DNA of 64,000 nucleotides, taken from contig CBDBFU010000014.1 of assembly GCA_965205025.1 (NCBI GenBank), forward strand, positions 128,001 to 192,000. The letters run 5' to 3'. Under the pieces are notes generated by a model. That model saw nothing but the letters and a program-made list of their open reading frames with translations. It made no database searches and had not been told where the DNA came from. The DNA is from Candidatus Poribacteria bacterium (GTDB lineage Bacteria > Poribacteria > WGA-4E > WGA-3G). Of the stretch, positions 11,435 to 22,344 are shown piece after piece. The stretch's first letter is position 1, and every line of letters starts with the position of its first letter. Made by a program: the position numbers and the translations under genes.

Positions 11435-11740
11435 TTATTGACGAACACTTACTGATCTGCTACTCACTGTAACAGAACCTGCAACTGCCCCTATAAGAAT
11501 ATCAATTACAGAAAGAGAGGTGGTGATTTCATAGTCACTCGCCCCACCTGCCATGGCGTTTGTATCTACTTCGTTGATTGGTACGAGCCCCCATAAGATA
11601 TACCATTGACGCGCTTCTGTAGTGTCATTTCCTTGTGCACCATTACCTACTTTGTGGACATGAGTAGCACAGCCAATAACTAACAACATACAAGCAATCA
11701 TTAGAATTGCAGAGTATCTTTTAAGCATGATGTTCTCCAT
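11435..11740 (-). CDS. Bor/Iss-like small lipoprotein
   Basis: Lipobox VIGC, WYILWGLVP motif, ~100 aa; start may be 11728. Confidence 0.65.
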   Translation of the reverse strand: MENIMLKRYSAILMIACMLLVIGCATHVHKVGNGAQGNDTTEARQWYILWGLVPINEVDTNAMAGGASDYEITTSLSVIDILIGAVAGSVTVSSRSVSVRQ

Positions 11741-11763
11741 CTATTTTTGTTTTTTAGTTATCA

Positions 11764-12390
11764 TTACTTATAACTATCTATAAAGTCAATTGACCCGATT
11801 GATGATTCAATGGCTGACAATTCAGATTTGTATACTTCAATCGGAACGCGATAATCCACCTCAAAAACTAAAGTTTCAGGGGAATCACATATCAGTTTGA
11901 TCAGTACAAAATCTGATGCAATAACCATTAACTGGTGGACACGAAACGCATCCTTCATAAATACCGCTTGCTTAACCTTAGCTTTCGGAAATTGGTTTTG
12001 GTAAGCAATGGTAAGATTCTGTAATAAAGTCTTATCAGGAACAATACCTGTCCAATCTACCTTTGACACAATGCAAACTGCTTTCGAATCCTCATTTAAG
12101 AAGATCCTTCGAGGAACAATTTCTAAACCTTCCATTGGTGACGTGTCTACCGCCTTCACAACTTCCGACACCATTGATTCCTCAACTTTTTTCCACCCTT
12201 TGGGTGATGCTAATCTAATCTTGAGTTCTGTATCTATTAATACAGGTTCAAGCTTTGATTCATCAACATTAAAAACAAGTGTCTCGTAGGTGTTTTTCTT
12301 TACATTAGGTTTATCGCACCCAACAAAACACATAATTGAAATAACGATGATACATTCAAAAAAAATGTATAATACTAATTGATTCTTCAA
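11764..12390 (-). CDS. Hypothetical lipoprotein
   Basis: Hydrophobic N-terminus with FVGC lipobox; 208-aa ORF. Confidence 0.7.
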   Translation of the reverse strand: MKNQLVLYIFFECIIVISIMCFVGCDKPNVKKNTYETLVFNVDESKLEPVLIDTELKIRLASPKGWKKVEESMVSEVVKAVDTSPMEGLEIVPRRIFLNEDSKAVCIVSKVDWTGIVPDKTLLQNLTIAYQNQFPKAKVKQAVFMKDAFRVHQLMVIASDFVLIKLICDSPETLVFEVDYRVPIEVYKSELSAIESSIGSIDFIDSYK

Positions 12391-12431
12391 TATGATAATC
12401 CTTGTTCAGACAATAACGTATAAAAATAATA

Positions 12432-12477
12432 AAAAGATTACGAGTAATGAAATAAAATTCATTACTCGTAATCTTTT
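12432..12477. other. Perfect 20-bp inverted repeat between divergent genes
   Basis: aaaagattacgagtaatgaa-ataaaa-ttcattactcgtaatctttt. Confidence 0.9.
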
Positions 12478-12669
12478 AGGTTAACTACATTTGAGTTAAT
12501 GCAGGATTTTTATACTTACACTATCTCAATCGGTTAGATAAAAAGTCTGTTTCCTCGCCAAAATGACATATATTAATGTCTCACATCCCTCCAAATACCA
12601 TTGACTTTCAACCCTCTATTACGTTAATCTATATAACAAGGAAACCAGCATCTGTAAAGGAATTCACAA

Positions 12670-13197
12670 ATGAAACGATATCACGCAATCGTGAACCGGT
12701 CTACTCTATGGACTATTTCTATTCTTATTCTCAGTTTTGCAATAATTGCACCGGTACAGGCAGCATCACGTACACATACATTTGAAATAACTCTGTTTAT
12801 ATCTGGATTAGGTTTACAGGTCGGTAGCACACTTTTTAACACCTCTGCACAGGAACGGTACGAGGATTATCTTACCGCTACTATTCAAGAGGATATTCAA
12901 ACTAAGAAAGATGCAGCTGCTACTCACCAGAATACAAGTGTTATCATGCGACGGGTTGGATATGGCTGTATAGGTTTAGCTGTTATACTCTCTATTTTCA
13001 AACAGATAGATAATATAGAGACTAACACCGTACCTTCATCTCAGATTCAAGACCAGTTTAAAAAGGGATTATATCTTACAGATTACAAATATAAACCTAC
13101 TCGCTCTCTATTAGATGAATCACCACGATTTAGTTTCCGTCCACACTATGACTTTAAAACACAACGTGCTTCCTTAAGTTTATTTCACAAATTTTAA
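12670..13197 (+). CDS. Hypothetical exported/membrane protein
   Basis: Signal peptide (VQA), two hydrophobic segments, C-terminal Phe. Confidence 0.7.
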   Translation: MKRYHAIVNRSTLWTISILILSFAIIAPVQAASRTHTFEITLFISGLGLQVGSTLFNTSAQERYEDYLTATIQEDIQTKKDAAATHQNTSVIMRRVGYGCIGLAVILSIFKQIDNIETNTVPSSQIQDQFKKGLYLTDYKYKPTRSLLDESPRFSFRPHYDFKTQRASLSLFHKF

Positions 13198-13279
13198 GTT
13201 GTTCTATGACCAATTTCCTGTATGTTGCCTGTATGTTAACTTCCATATCTACTAATCGTTTTTTCACTAAAGGAGTATC

Positions 13280-14425
13280 TTGATGTCCTCGAATGTCAAT
13301 CTCTTTGATAAACACACCAGATATCTTCGGCTATCATACTTTTCTCTTATTAGTATTCCAATATATCTTATGATCCTATTTTATTCTGGATGTACAAATA
13401 CCGAAGATTATGCCAATCCTCTTGACGCAGATAATTTGCGAACTGCAGGATCACCTGACGACTTTAAGCTCTATGCTGGTGATAGACAGGTCCGAGTAAC
13501 TTGGGCAGAAACTGACTCAGAAGGAATCAAATCTTACAAAATATACCGACGTTCAAACAGTAATTCTGATGAACCCTTTGAGTTAGTCGGAACGGTAGAT
13601 GCACCAGCACACGAATTTGTAGATACACAAAATATTCAGAATGACCGGGTAGATTCTCTTGGTCGTATTCTTTCTTATGAATATCGTATATCTTATGTTG
13701 ATGTTAACGGTGTAGAGACACCGGATCCGGACAATCCCCCAAGTCCGACTGATGAACCATTTCGATTCTGGCAATCAGCAACAGTCACACCAAGTGTTCC
13801 ACCACCAGCACCGGTAGTTACAATTGGAACACCAAGTGACCTCACTGTGAAACTCTTTTGGGAAGGATATGAATTTCCAGATGATTTTTCGTTATTTCGA
13901 GTTTACATTGCGAGAGATGATGGGGACGGAAAAACTCCTGCTTTCAGAATTAGTCATGATATTAAACGCGATCAAAATTACTTCTTTGATTTGAGTTTCC
14001 GAAAGGACGGTGAAGCCAAGGTGTATCGTGTCGCTGGAGTTGATAAGTTCGGTGTAGAAGCAATTACTGCTATTAGTGCTACATCACCAAATTTTCCACC
14101 TGCAGCCCCACAAAACTTTAGGGTATTTTATGCAGCACGGTCATTTTTTAATAATAAGTATGATGCTATCATGTCATGGAAAGCAAATACAGAATATGAC
14201 CTTGCCGGTTACCAAATATATTCAAAGGATGTTGAAGGAAACTTAATTCCACGTAGAACATTAAATAAACGTGATAACGGTGTTACTATTTCAGGGGAAG
14301 ACCCACTTGTTATAAATCAACAAGCTGTACTTCGTACATATTTTATTACGGCATTTGATGATACACCGGGTCCTGATGGCAAAAGAGATGAAAGTGAATT
14401 AGTAGAAGCAATATCGCCTCAATAA
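13280..14425 (+). CDS. Fibronectin type III domain lipoprotein
   Basis: YSGC lipobox, NPLD, FN3-like repeats (VTW...YKIYR, YEYRI, SWKANTEYDLAGYQIY). Confidence 0.75.
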   Translation: MMSSNVNLFDKHTRYLRLSYFSLISIPIYLMILFYSGCTNTEDYANPLDADNLRTAGSPDDFKLYAGDRQVRVTWAETDSEGIKSYKIYRRSNSNSDEPFELVGTVDAPAHEFVDTQNIQNDRVDSLGRILSYEYRISYVDVNGVETPDPDNPPSPTDEPFRFWQSATVTPSVPPPAPVVTIGTPSDLTVKLFWEGYEFPDDFSLFRVYIARDDGDGKTPAFRISHDIKRDQNYFFDLSFRKDGEAKVYRVAGVDKFGVEAITAISATSPNFPPAAPQNFRVFYAARSFFNNKYDAIMSWKANTEYDLAGYQIYSKDVEGNLIPRRTLNKRDNGVTISGEDPLVINQQAVLRTYFITAFDDTPGPDGKRDESELVEAISPQ

Positions 14426-14448
14426 TAATTCCAGTCCTTTGAAACTTA

Positions 14449-14707
14449 TACCATTTCTAATTGAAAATGTCTCTTTTTGTACCACAAACTTTATGAGGAT
14501 TAAGAAAATATTTCGGTAATTCTAATTTTCCAAAATCCGGTAGGTGCGGTTTCCTAACCACGGGGAATGCCATAAGGCATTCATACCGTTGATTTGGATC
14601 TTATCTTTAATAATACCGAATTTAAAAATTAATCTTCATCAGTTTGGGACCTGAAAAATGACTACCATAATAACCGCCTAATGAGACAATAATTTATAGA
14701 AATAGTA
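14449..14707. mobile_element. MITE family A with nested insertion
   Basis: Ends taccatttc/gaaatagta with TTA on both flanks; matches 56004-56116 apart from a 147-bp insert. Confidence 0.85.
14493..14639. mobile_element. Nested 147-bp TIR element (family G) inserted in a REP hairpin loop
   Basis: Ends atgaggattaa/ttaatcttcat plus ttcggta/taccgaa; carries ccggtaggtgcggtttcctaacc; absent from the 56004 copy. Confidence 0.8.
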
Positions 14708-14775
14708 TTACCAACAATTTTGCACTCTTACATTAGATAGACAACCACTAACTAACTATCATTAAAGGAAGAAAA

Positions 14776-15723
14776 ATGTCTATTACATACCGAATTCTCT
14801 TTGGTATCCTTATAATATCATTAACTATAACGCCTCCAATTCTGGCTCAAGCACCACCAGCAACGCAACTCACAACAATACAGACTGCTGAACCTATTGG
14901 CAAAGGTGGCTCTACAACATCCTTCAGTTTTTTCCAATATTCTAAAAAAGATGGATTGGCACCAGACCATTCACAAAGTGTTGTAATTGGCGGTTTTGAA
15001 GAACCCCATGAAGTTAACCTTGATATCCAAACTTTCCTTGTACCTATAAGATTTATTTACGGATTAGGTGATAAACTTGACCTGCAACTTGGGGCAACTC
15101 TATCTACTGGTGGTGTACAAAAAGTAGTGAAAAATTTTTACAACGCAGAGGATTCTATTTTAGATGCGAAAGATCGAGTATACGAACAACATATCTATGA
15201 AGGCGTGATTGGTCTAAAATATAATATTAAACCTGAAAAGAATGACGGGTTTCCAAGTATTTCTGTCGGAGGTGATTTCTATTTCGGATTAACTGCTGAT
15301 GATAGACTGAATTCTAATGGGGATTTTCTTGACAGGACTCCAATTGATGGGTTTCCATTTATCGGAGCATACCCATATATTGTTGGCACACATAGGTTTG
15401 GTAGATATTTTAAGGTACATGCTGGGGCAGGAATCTCGCTATCCTCCAAAATGTTGAAAACGACAGATTTTTTTATTGCGAACTGGTTGGCTGGAGGAGA
15501 AGTCGCTGTCTCGGATGACCTGTGGATCGCAGCTGATTTTACTCGTGAACAACAATATGCTGGTATAAATGTCTCGAATATGTTAGGTCTCGCAATGCGG
15601 TATGCTGTTTCAGATAATTTAGCATTTCAAATAGGAATCAATTCACTCCCCGGGATCCACTTTAACCTAACATTAGGTGGTGCACAAGCAGAAGCAACAA
15701 AAGGAGATAAGTTATTATTCTAA
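14776..15723 (+). CDS. Putative outer-membrane beta-barrel protein
   Basis: Signal peptide (ILA-Q), alternating beta-strand pattern, C-terminal Phe. Confidence 0.6.
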   Translation: MSITYRILFGILIISLTITPPILAQAPPATQLTTIQTAEPIGKGGSTTSFSFFQYSKKDGLAPDHSQSVVIGGFEEPHEVNLDIQTFLVPIRFIYGLGDKLDLQLGATLSTGGVQKVVKNFYNAEDSILDAKDRVYEQHIYEGVIGLKYNIKPEKNDGFPSISVGGDFYFGLTADDRLNSNGDFLDRTPIDGFPFIGAYPYIVGTHRFGRYFKVHAGAGISLSSKMLKTTDFFIANWLAGGEVAVSDDLWIAADFTREQQYAGINVSNMLGLAMRYAVSDNLAFQIGINSLPGIHFNLTLGGAQAEATKGDKLLF

Positions 15724-15766
15724 CTGCTATCTGCATACAACTAATAACTATTATCCATTAACTATC

Positions 15767-16216
15767 ATGAGAGCAGTTATCCAACGCGTAAAATCTGCAA
15801 GTGTCACAGTTGACAATAAACTCGTTTCTGAAATAGGTCCAGGGTTGCTCATCTTTCTCGGTATATCACACAACGATACCAAAACAGATTTAGATTATAC
15901 TGCTAACAAAATTGCCAATCTTCGCATTTTTGAAGATGTAGAAGGTAAAATGAATTGTTCCCTTCTTGATACAGGTGGGGAAGCTTTAGTTGTGTCCCAA
16001 TTCACTCTCTATGGAGATTGCCGAAAAGGACGACGTCCCAGTTTTATTGATGCAGCACGTCCTGATGTAGCAAACGACCTATATGAACAGTTCATCACAA
16101 CATTAAAGCAGATAAACATCCCAACACAGGGCGGCACCTTTCAAGCAATGATGGATGTACAACTCATAAATGACGGTCCTGTAACCATCCTATTAGATAG
16201 TGATAAACAGTTTTGA
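15767..16216 (+). CDS. dtd: D-aminoacyl-tRNA deacylase
   Basis: MRAVIQRV start, SQFTL and NDGPVT motifs. Confidence 0.97.
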   Translation: MRAVIQRVKSASVTVDNKLVSEIGPGLLIFLGISHNDTKTDLDYTANKIANLRIFEDVEGKMNCSLLDTGGEALVVSQFTLYGDCRKGRRPSFIDAARPDVANDLYEQFITTLKQINIPTQGGTFQAMMDVQLINDGPVTILLDSDKQF

Positions 16217-16603
16217 ATGATTGTGATTTATTAGGAATAGAAAACTGTGTTGAATTATCAACTCTTTCCACGTTCAATTGGAATAATAGACCAAATTCAT
16301 GATGTAATTACCTGTTTTGAAAAAACCTATAATGAAATAAGATCAAATGAACCCGTAACTAATTGTCATCGTTTTAATTGCTGAGAATCTCTAAACTATT
16401 AAATATAAACAGGGAAAAATAAAGATCTTGTTCCAACTAATCCACTTACCACTTCAAGCACTTCGGTGATTTAATATTAACCGATTAATATAGGATTAGA
16501 CTCCGTTCTGTTGTATAGTAAACAGATTATATTGATTGACTCGGTAATGTGAGAATTGACCGACATTATTGGTAAACAACATCTATAGAAGGATGAGAGA
16601 AAT

Positions 16604-17419
16604 ATGGAGAATCATGAATATATAGATACCGTCAAAATGGGTGATTGTATTGAATTGATGACGGATATGCCTAATGATTGGGTTGACCTTGTTATTACTG
16701 ATCCACCTTTTGCTATTGACTTTAAAGCAACTCGGGACAATTACAATCGTAATGGGGATGTTGTCCTTCAAGGTTACAATGAAATAGAGGGACGGGATTA
16801 TCTCACGTTTACACGTAATTGGCTTTCTGAAGCAACAAGGGTGTTAAAAGAATCTGGCAGCATGTACATTTTTTCTGGTTGGAATTACCTAAAAGACCTT
16901 TTAATCGCTATTGATGAATGTGGACTGACAACAGTGAATCACCTGATTTGGAAATATCAGTTTGGTGTTGTGACTAAGCGAAAATACGTAACATCACATT
17001 ATCACTGTTTATACTTGTGTAAGAATGATAAGAAAAGACGATTTTTCCCTTATAATCGTTTTGATAAGGATGCGAAAACTGAGACTGGTGGTTCAGCTCA
17101 TTACAGAGATAAAGAAGATGTATGGGAAATCAAGAGAGAATATTGGAAAGGTGCTATCAAGACACCAACCAAATTACCTGCTGAGCTTGTTGAGAAAATT
17201 CTTGATTATTCAAGTCAAAAAGGGGATATTGTCATGGATCCGTTCTTAGGATCTGGACAGGTTGCAGTAGTTAGTAAAATGAAAGAACGCCATTTCATTG
17301 GTTTTGAAATTGTACCAGAATACTATGAATTTGCTCGGGAACGTGTTGAATCGGGTAAATACTTAATTCATAATACGGACGAAGAACCTATATGGACATT
17401 GTTTAATGAGGATGGATAA
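16604..17419 (+). CDS. Site-specific DNA amino-methyltransferase, beta class
   Basis: DPPF (motif IV) precedes DPFLGSG (motif I). Confidence 0.92.
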   Translation: MENHEYIDTVKMGDCIELMTDMPNDWVDLVITDPPFAIDFKATRDNYNRNGDVVLQGYNEIEGRDYLTFTRNWLSEATRVLKESGSMYIFSGWNYLKDLLIAIDECGLTTVNHLIWKYQFGVVTKRKYVTSHYHCLYLCKNDKKRRFFPYNRFDKDAKTETGGSAHYRDKEDVWEIKREYWKGAIKTPTKLPAELVEKILDYSSQKGDIVMDPFLGSGQVAVVSKMKERHFIGFEIVPEYYEFARERVESGKYLIHNTDEEPIWTLFNEDG

Positions 17420-17425
17420 TACTTT

Positions 17426-18088
17426 ATGGTAAATAGTAGAATTATCAGTATAGTAGAAGAATTGAATATTTCCAGTAGTAATATTCCAAAAATTTGGGAT
17501 GGGAGAAATGCTATTCTTGAAATGAGAGAAGGAGGTTCTAATCAGTGGAGACAAATGGAATGGATGGGTTTTTATTTTGAATATCTGTGTGAAAAACATT
17601 TTGGACATTTATTAGAAATACCTGGAAAGAAATATGCAAACACGGAATTTGACGCATTTAATCAGGTCTGTTGGGATTTTAAAGCACATGCAGCTAATAC
17701 TACAAGACACGATGTGGTTACAAATGATGTGGAAGCAATAAAAAATGCACTTGAGGAATATGGTTATTATGGGATAATCCTTGCAATTGGTGAAGTAGAA
17801 TATAACGATGAAGAAAGGACATTTAAAAGATGGCATGATGAACTCAAAGAAGGAATTAGTAAATATGAAACAAATAGAATCAATAGAGGGGCAATGTCAA
17901 GACGTCGAAAGACTGAGTTTGTCTTATCAGAAATCCATTTTATTTGTTTAGATCTTGAGACTTTGAATCAGTGTAGCAGTTTATATCATCAAGGCAGAAA
18001 CTCTAATGGCAAGCCGAGACCACCTAAGTATAATGTAAATATCCAGAAAATTCCTGATACAGCATTAATCGCTACTAAAGAATATTAA
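17426..18088 (+). CDS. Putative type II restriction endonuclease
   Basis: Starts 6 bp after the MTase stop; E...EFD...WDFK resembles a PD-(D/E)xK centre. Confidence 0.6.
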   Translation: MVNSRIISIVEELNISSSNIPKIWDGRNAILEMREGGSNQWRQMEWMGFYFEYLCEKHFGHLLEIPGKKYANTEFDAFNQVCWDFKAHAANTTRHDVVTNDVEAIKNALEEYGYYGIILAIGEVEYNDEERTFKRWHDELKEGISKYETNRINRGAMSRRRKTEFVLSEIHFICLDLETLNQCSSLYHQGRNSNGKPRPPKYNVNIQKIPDTALIATKEY

Positions 18089-18114
18089 GTACAATTATTC
18101 ATACTGAGCAAACC

Positions 18115-19755
18115 ATGCGTAACAGACCCCCAACTATAGGTGAATACCTACTCAATAAACTGGAAAGTTACAATATTGGACATATCTTCGGTATCCCTGG
18201 TGATTATGTACTTCGCTTCTATAAACTAATTGAAGAAAGTTCAATTCAACACATCGGTATGACACGAGAGGATGCAGCCGGATATGCCGCAGATGCCTAT
18301 GCACGCACAAAAGGTATGGGGGTCGTATGCATCACATACTGTGTCGGTGGATTATCTACTGTGAATGCTATCGCTGGGGCATACGCTGAAAAATCACCAG
18401 TTATAGTCATTAGTGGTGCTCCAGGAATCAATGAACGCGGAAAAGATGCTCTCTTACACCATAAAGTAAAAGATTTTCATACACAACAACGGATCTATGA
18501 TGAAATTACCGTCGCAACAGCACTTCTTGATGAACCCTTTACTGCATTCAATGAAATCGATAATGTCCTTGATGCTGTATTTCACTATAAACGACCAGGA
18601 TATATTGAACTCCCTCGAGATATGGTAGATGTGCGTGGCACACTCTATCGACGGGCATCAACAGGTGGACACATGAGCGACACGGAATCCCTAAACGCTG
18701 CTGTTAAAGATGCTGTAAATTTCATAAATCAAAGTAAGAATCCTGTTATTCTCGCAGGTGTCGAATTACATAGGTTCGGATATCAAGACAAATTACTCAA
18801 AATTGTAGAAGAAAAACAGATAGCGGTTGTTGCAACATTACTCGGTAAATCGGTCATGCCAGAGGCACATCCACTCTACTTAGGTATTTATGAAGGTGCA
18901 ATGGGCAGAAGTGAGATCACAGAATTCGTTGAGAAATCAGATTGTGTAATCATCCTTGGGGCATTTATGACCGATGTTAATCTCGGAATTTATACTGCAA
19001 ACCTTGATCGATCAAGGTCAATTTATGCAACTTCAGAAAAAATCTCTGTACAATACCATAGTTACGACGATGTGATGTTTGAGGATTTCATTGATCTGTT
19101 AAATTCAGACAAATTACGAAAACAGAAGAAACCTAATTTAGGTTGGATTCAACCTGAGTCAAAACCATTTGATGTTAAACCTAAAAAACCGATAACTGTC
19201 GAACGGTTTTTCCAGCATCTAAACACATTTATCACTGAGGAAATGACTGTGATAGCAGATGTGGGTGATAGCCTATTTGGTGCTGCAGAATTACGTATTC
19301 CACAACACACAAATTTCATCAGTCCAGCTTATTACACTTCGATGGGTTTTGCTGTCCCCGCATCCATAGGAGCCCAACTTAGCGTGCAAAATACACGACC
19401 CCTTGTAATCGTGGGAGATGGTGCATTTCAAATGACTGGAACTGAGTTATCTACTACGGTACGGTACGGATTGAATCCTATTGTGTTGATCTTGAATAAT
19501 CAAGGGTACGGTACAGAACGGCATTTACTTGAAGGCACATTTAACGACATAGGATGTTGGAACTATAGTTCATTGCCAACACTCTTTACCGCTGGACATG
19601 GTTTTCATGTTCGAACCGAAGGTGAATTTGATAATGCCATGAAGGCAGCATTGGATGAAACGGAACAATTTATCATTATTGAAGTAGAACTTGAAAAAAT
19701 GGATCGATCCCCTGCTCTGGCTCGATTAGCAGAACGGATGTCAGAGGAGATTTGA
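18115..19755 (+). CDS. TPP-dependent alpha-keto acid (indolepyruvate/pyruvate) decarboxylase
   Basis: FGIPGDY, AGYAADAYAR, LHH and GDGAFQMT...NNQGY motifs. Confidence 0.92.
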   Translation: MRNRPPTIGEYLLNKLESYNIGHIFGIPGDYVLRFYKLIEESSIQHIGMTREDAAGYAADAYARTKGMGVVCITYCVGGLSTVNAIAGAYAEKSPVIVISGAPGINERGKDALLHHKVKDFHTQQRIYDEITVATALLDEPFTAFNEIDNVLDAVFHYKRPGYIELPRDMVDVRGTLYRRASTGGHMSDTESLNAAVKDAVNFINQSKNPVILAGVELHRFGYQDKLLKIVEEKQIAVVATLLGKSVMPEAHPLYLGIYEGAMGRSEITEFVEKSDCVIILGAFMTDVNLGIYTANLDRSRSIYATSEKISVQYHSYDDVMFEDFIDLLNSDKLRKQKKPNLGWIQPESKPFDVKPKKPITVERFFQHLNTFITEEMTVIADVGDSLFGAAELRIPQHTNFISPAYYTSMGFAVPASIGAQLSVQNTRPLVIVGDGAFQMTGTELSTTVRYGLNPIVLILNNQGYGTERHLLEGTFNDIGCWNYSSLPTLFTAGHGFHVRTEGEFDNAMKAALDETEQFIIIEVELEKMDRSPALARLAERMSEEI

Positions 19756-19976
19756 ATAATACCACCTCTATATCCAGGTTTATTACGTGTGTAAACGATT
19801 TGGAATTCCAGTCCTATAGACCAATTGATTAAACCTCCACTAAAAATACCTTCTATAAACAGTTTTCTATTGCATTATTTTGGTAAATTAGTTATCATTT
19901 ATCCACATAATTCAGATTAACTAATCTGATGAATTATCCCTGAAATAGACATTTTGCCAGTTGACAAGGTCACACA

Positions 19977-20834
19977 ATGGAAAACAATCATAACCAATCA
20001 ACTCCCCTCACCCCCGATCAGTTAGTTCAATGGGAGAACGACGGATACCTATTATTAAAAAATGTTGTGCCGGAATCTATGATAAATGGTGTTCGTGATA
20101 GGTTCGCAATCGTAGTAGACGGGATTATTAATGAATTGAAAGAACAGAATACGATTGATGATGTAGGGGAAAATTTACCTTTTGAAACTCGTTTCTTGGA
20201 TGTTGCAGGTGAACATGCCAATCGGTTTGGCCGTTCATGGCGTGGGCAAATTGCAACATCCGAAATATTCGACCTACACTATGCCAAACCTCTTATTGAT
20301 GCCATCGGTCAACTCACTGGAACTGATGTAATCGGACATCCCGTGTTTAACGCACGTCCAAAATTACCAAAACAACAATTAACAGTAGTTCCATGGCATC
20401 AAGATAGCGGTTATTTTGGTACAATAAGTGAAAACTCATTAATTCCAACTGCCTGGATTCCGCTGGTACCCGTAGACGAAACAAATGGATGTTTGCAGGT
20501 AGTCGCGGGTTCACACACGTTAGGTGTCGTTAGCCACCACACAGAAAATCGGGAAGGCAAGTTTCTTGAAGTGATGGATGAACTCATAGAAGAATCACAG
20601 ATAGTCACATGTTCCATGGATATTGGAGATGCATTGGTTTTCAACAACCTGACTCTACATCGATCCCTACCCCACACAACAAGCGAAATCATTCGTTGGG
20701 CAATCGATATTCGATACCTGCGTGACGGTGACCATCCTGGATCAATCTATTGGAAAGATCCAGACTTTAAGTGGGTTATAAAGAGTCAATCACAACCCCT
20801 TACTTCTCTATCCGAGTGGCTCGAAATGTGGTAA
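19977..20834 (+). CDS. PhyH family dioxygenase
   Basis: WHQD, NGCLQVVAGSH and LHRS motifs. Confidence 0.92.
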   Translation: MENNHNQSTPLTPDQLVQWENDGYLLLKNVVPESMINGVRDRFAIVVDGIINELKEQNTIDDVGENLPFETRFLDVAGEHANRFGRSWRGQIATSEIFDLHYAKPLIDAIGQLTGTDVIGHPVFNARPKLPKQQLTVVPWHQDSGYFGTISENSLIPTAWIPLVPVDETNGCLQVVAGSHTLGVVSHHTENREGKFLEVMDELIEESQIVTCSMDIGDALVFNNLTLHRSLPHTTSEIIRWAIDIRYLRDGDHPGSIYWKDPDFKWVIKSQSQPLTSLSEWLEMW

Positions 20835-20851
20835 TATAATACATCATGCAA

Positions 20852-20990
20852 TACCATTTCTTTTAACCTATCAAACACCTACATACGTACTTTAATGAGT
20901 ATCGTAGGGAATGAAATGTCTGTAGAAACGACTGAACTTAGAATATCATTTCCACTGCTAATAATGTATTCAAATCAAATAGAATTGGTA
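20852..20990. mobile_element. MITE family A, degenerate
   Basis: Ends taccatttc/gaattggta; internal atgtctgtagaaa resembles the family D tail. Confidence 0.55.
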
Positions 20991-21096
20991 TTACACACAT
21001 CAATCTATCCTTAATCAAACCCTACCTCAAAAGTCACTTGCTTTCTTATTAGACATTAGGCATAATAATACCATCCACCAACAAAGGAATACATCT

Positions 21097-22113
21097 ATGC
21101 CAAGAGTGCCTTTTCAAACACTATATGATGAATTCTATCGCGTATTATCTGCAGTCGGTTTTACAGGGGACAGAGCAAAATTATGTGCAAAATTATTCGC
21201 AGAGAATCAAAGGGACGGAGTATATTCACACGGACTCAATCGATTCCCCGGATTTGTCTCAGGTTTGGAGAGTAAACAAATCAATTACCATGCACAACCA
21301 GAGAAAATAGAAAGTTTTGGAGCACTTGAAAGGTGGGATGGTAAGATGGGGGTAGGACTTGTAAATGCACACATCTGTATGCACCGTGCAATGGAAATCG
21401 CTGCCGACAATTCCATCGGATGCGTAGGACTTTCAAATACAAACCACTGGATGCGCGGAGGTGCTTATGCATTACAAGCTGCAGAAGCAGGATATATCGG
21501 TATGTGTTGGACAAACACCACAAAACTCATGCCTCCTTGGGGATCTGCAGATAAGAAGATCGGCAATAACCCATTAGCGATTTCAATCCCCCGTGATGAA
21601 GGGCACATACTCCTTGATATGGCAATGAGTCAATATTCCAACGGAAAATTAGAAGTACTCAAACTACAAGAAAAGGAACTACCATTACCCGGGGGTTATG
21701 ATACCCAAGGTAATCTCACTCTTGACCCTGGAGAAATCCTTACATCACAAAGGGCTGTACCAATAGGTTACTGGAAAGGTTCCGGTCTGGCTCTCGTCCT
21801 TGATACGATAGCTGCCGTTATTACTGGTGGACAAGCAACACATCAGATAGGAAGACAATCATCAGAATATGCTGTATCCCAAGTTTATATAGCAATAGAT
21901 GCAACTGGAATTGCAGGACAATCTATGTTAAACGACACTGTGGATGCAATAATAAATGACTTCCATACGGCTACACCTTTAGATGAATCTGAAGAAGTAC
22001 GACATCCTGGGGAAGGAATGTTACGAATACGAAAAGAAAGTACTGAAAAGGGTGTCCTTGTAGATAAAACACAGTGGGAAGCACTACAATCTATGATGAG
22101 AGATACCTCATAG
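21097..22113 (+). CDS. yiaK: 3-dehydro-L-gulonate 2-dehydrogenase (Ldh_2 family)
   Basis: DGVYSHGLNRF, NTNHWMRGG, GNNPL, DMAMSQYS and GYWKGSGL motifs. Confidence 0.9.
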   Translation: MPRVPFQTLYDEFYRVLSAVGFTGDRAKLCAKLFAENQRDGVYSHGLNRFPGFVSGLESKQINYHAQPEKIESFGALERWDGKMGVGLVNAHICMHRAMEIAADNSIGCVGLSNTNHWMRGGAYALQAAEAGYIGMCWTNTTKLMPPWGSADKKIGNNPLAISIPRDEGHILLDMAMSQYSNGKLEVLKLQEKELPLPGGYDTQGNLTLDPGEILTSQRAVPIGYWKGSGLALVLDTIAAVITGGQATHQIGRQSSEYAVSQVYIAIDATGIAGQSMLNDTVDAIINDFHTATPLDESEEVRHPGEGMLRIRKESTEKGVLVDKTQWEALQSMMRDTS

Positions 22114-22251
22114 TTAATACTATAGTATTACATTTCTTGTCAATTAATCTTATCTTCTTAACAGGTTATATCACTAAAGGGAACAGGTGTTACATAACCT
22201 TGGACATTAACCATAGGCGTCAATTTAGGAGAAAAAATGTTGTATCCCAGT

Positions 22252-22279
22252 CCGGTAGGTGCGGTTTCTAACCGCACTG
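22252..22279 (+). repeat. GTAG-type REP-like hairpin
   Basis: ccggtaggtgcggtttctaaccgcactg. Confidence 0.8.
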
Positions 22280-22344
22280 AATTTATGCCAAACCTTGGAT
22301 TGAAAGTTTTCTCGTATAATCCATAATTAAATTCTAAAATCAAT

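Noticed and set aside
16217-16600. AT-rich gap before the methyltransferase as a controller gene or remnant
   Set aside because: No supportable ORF or HTH motif is visible.
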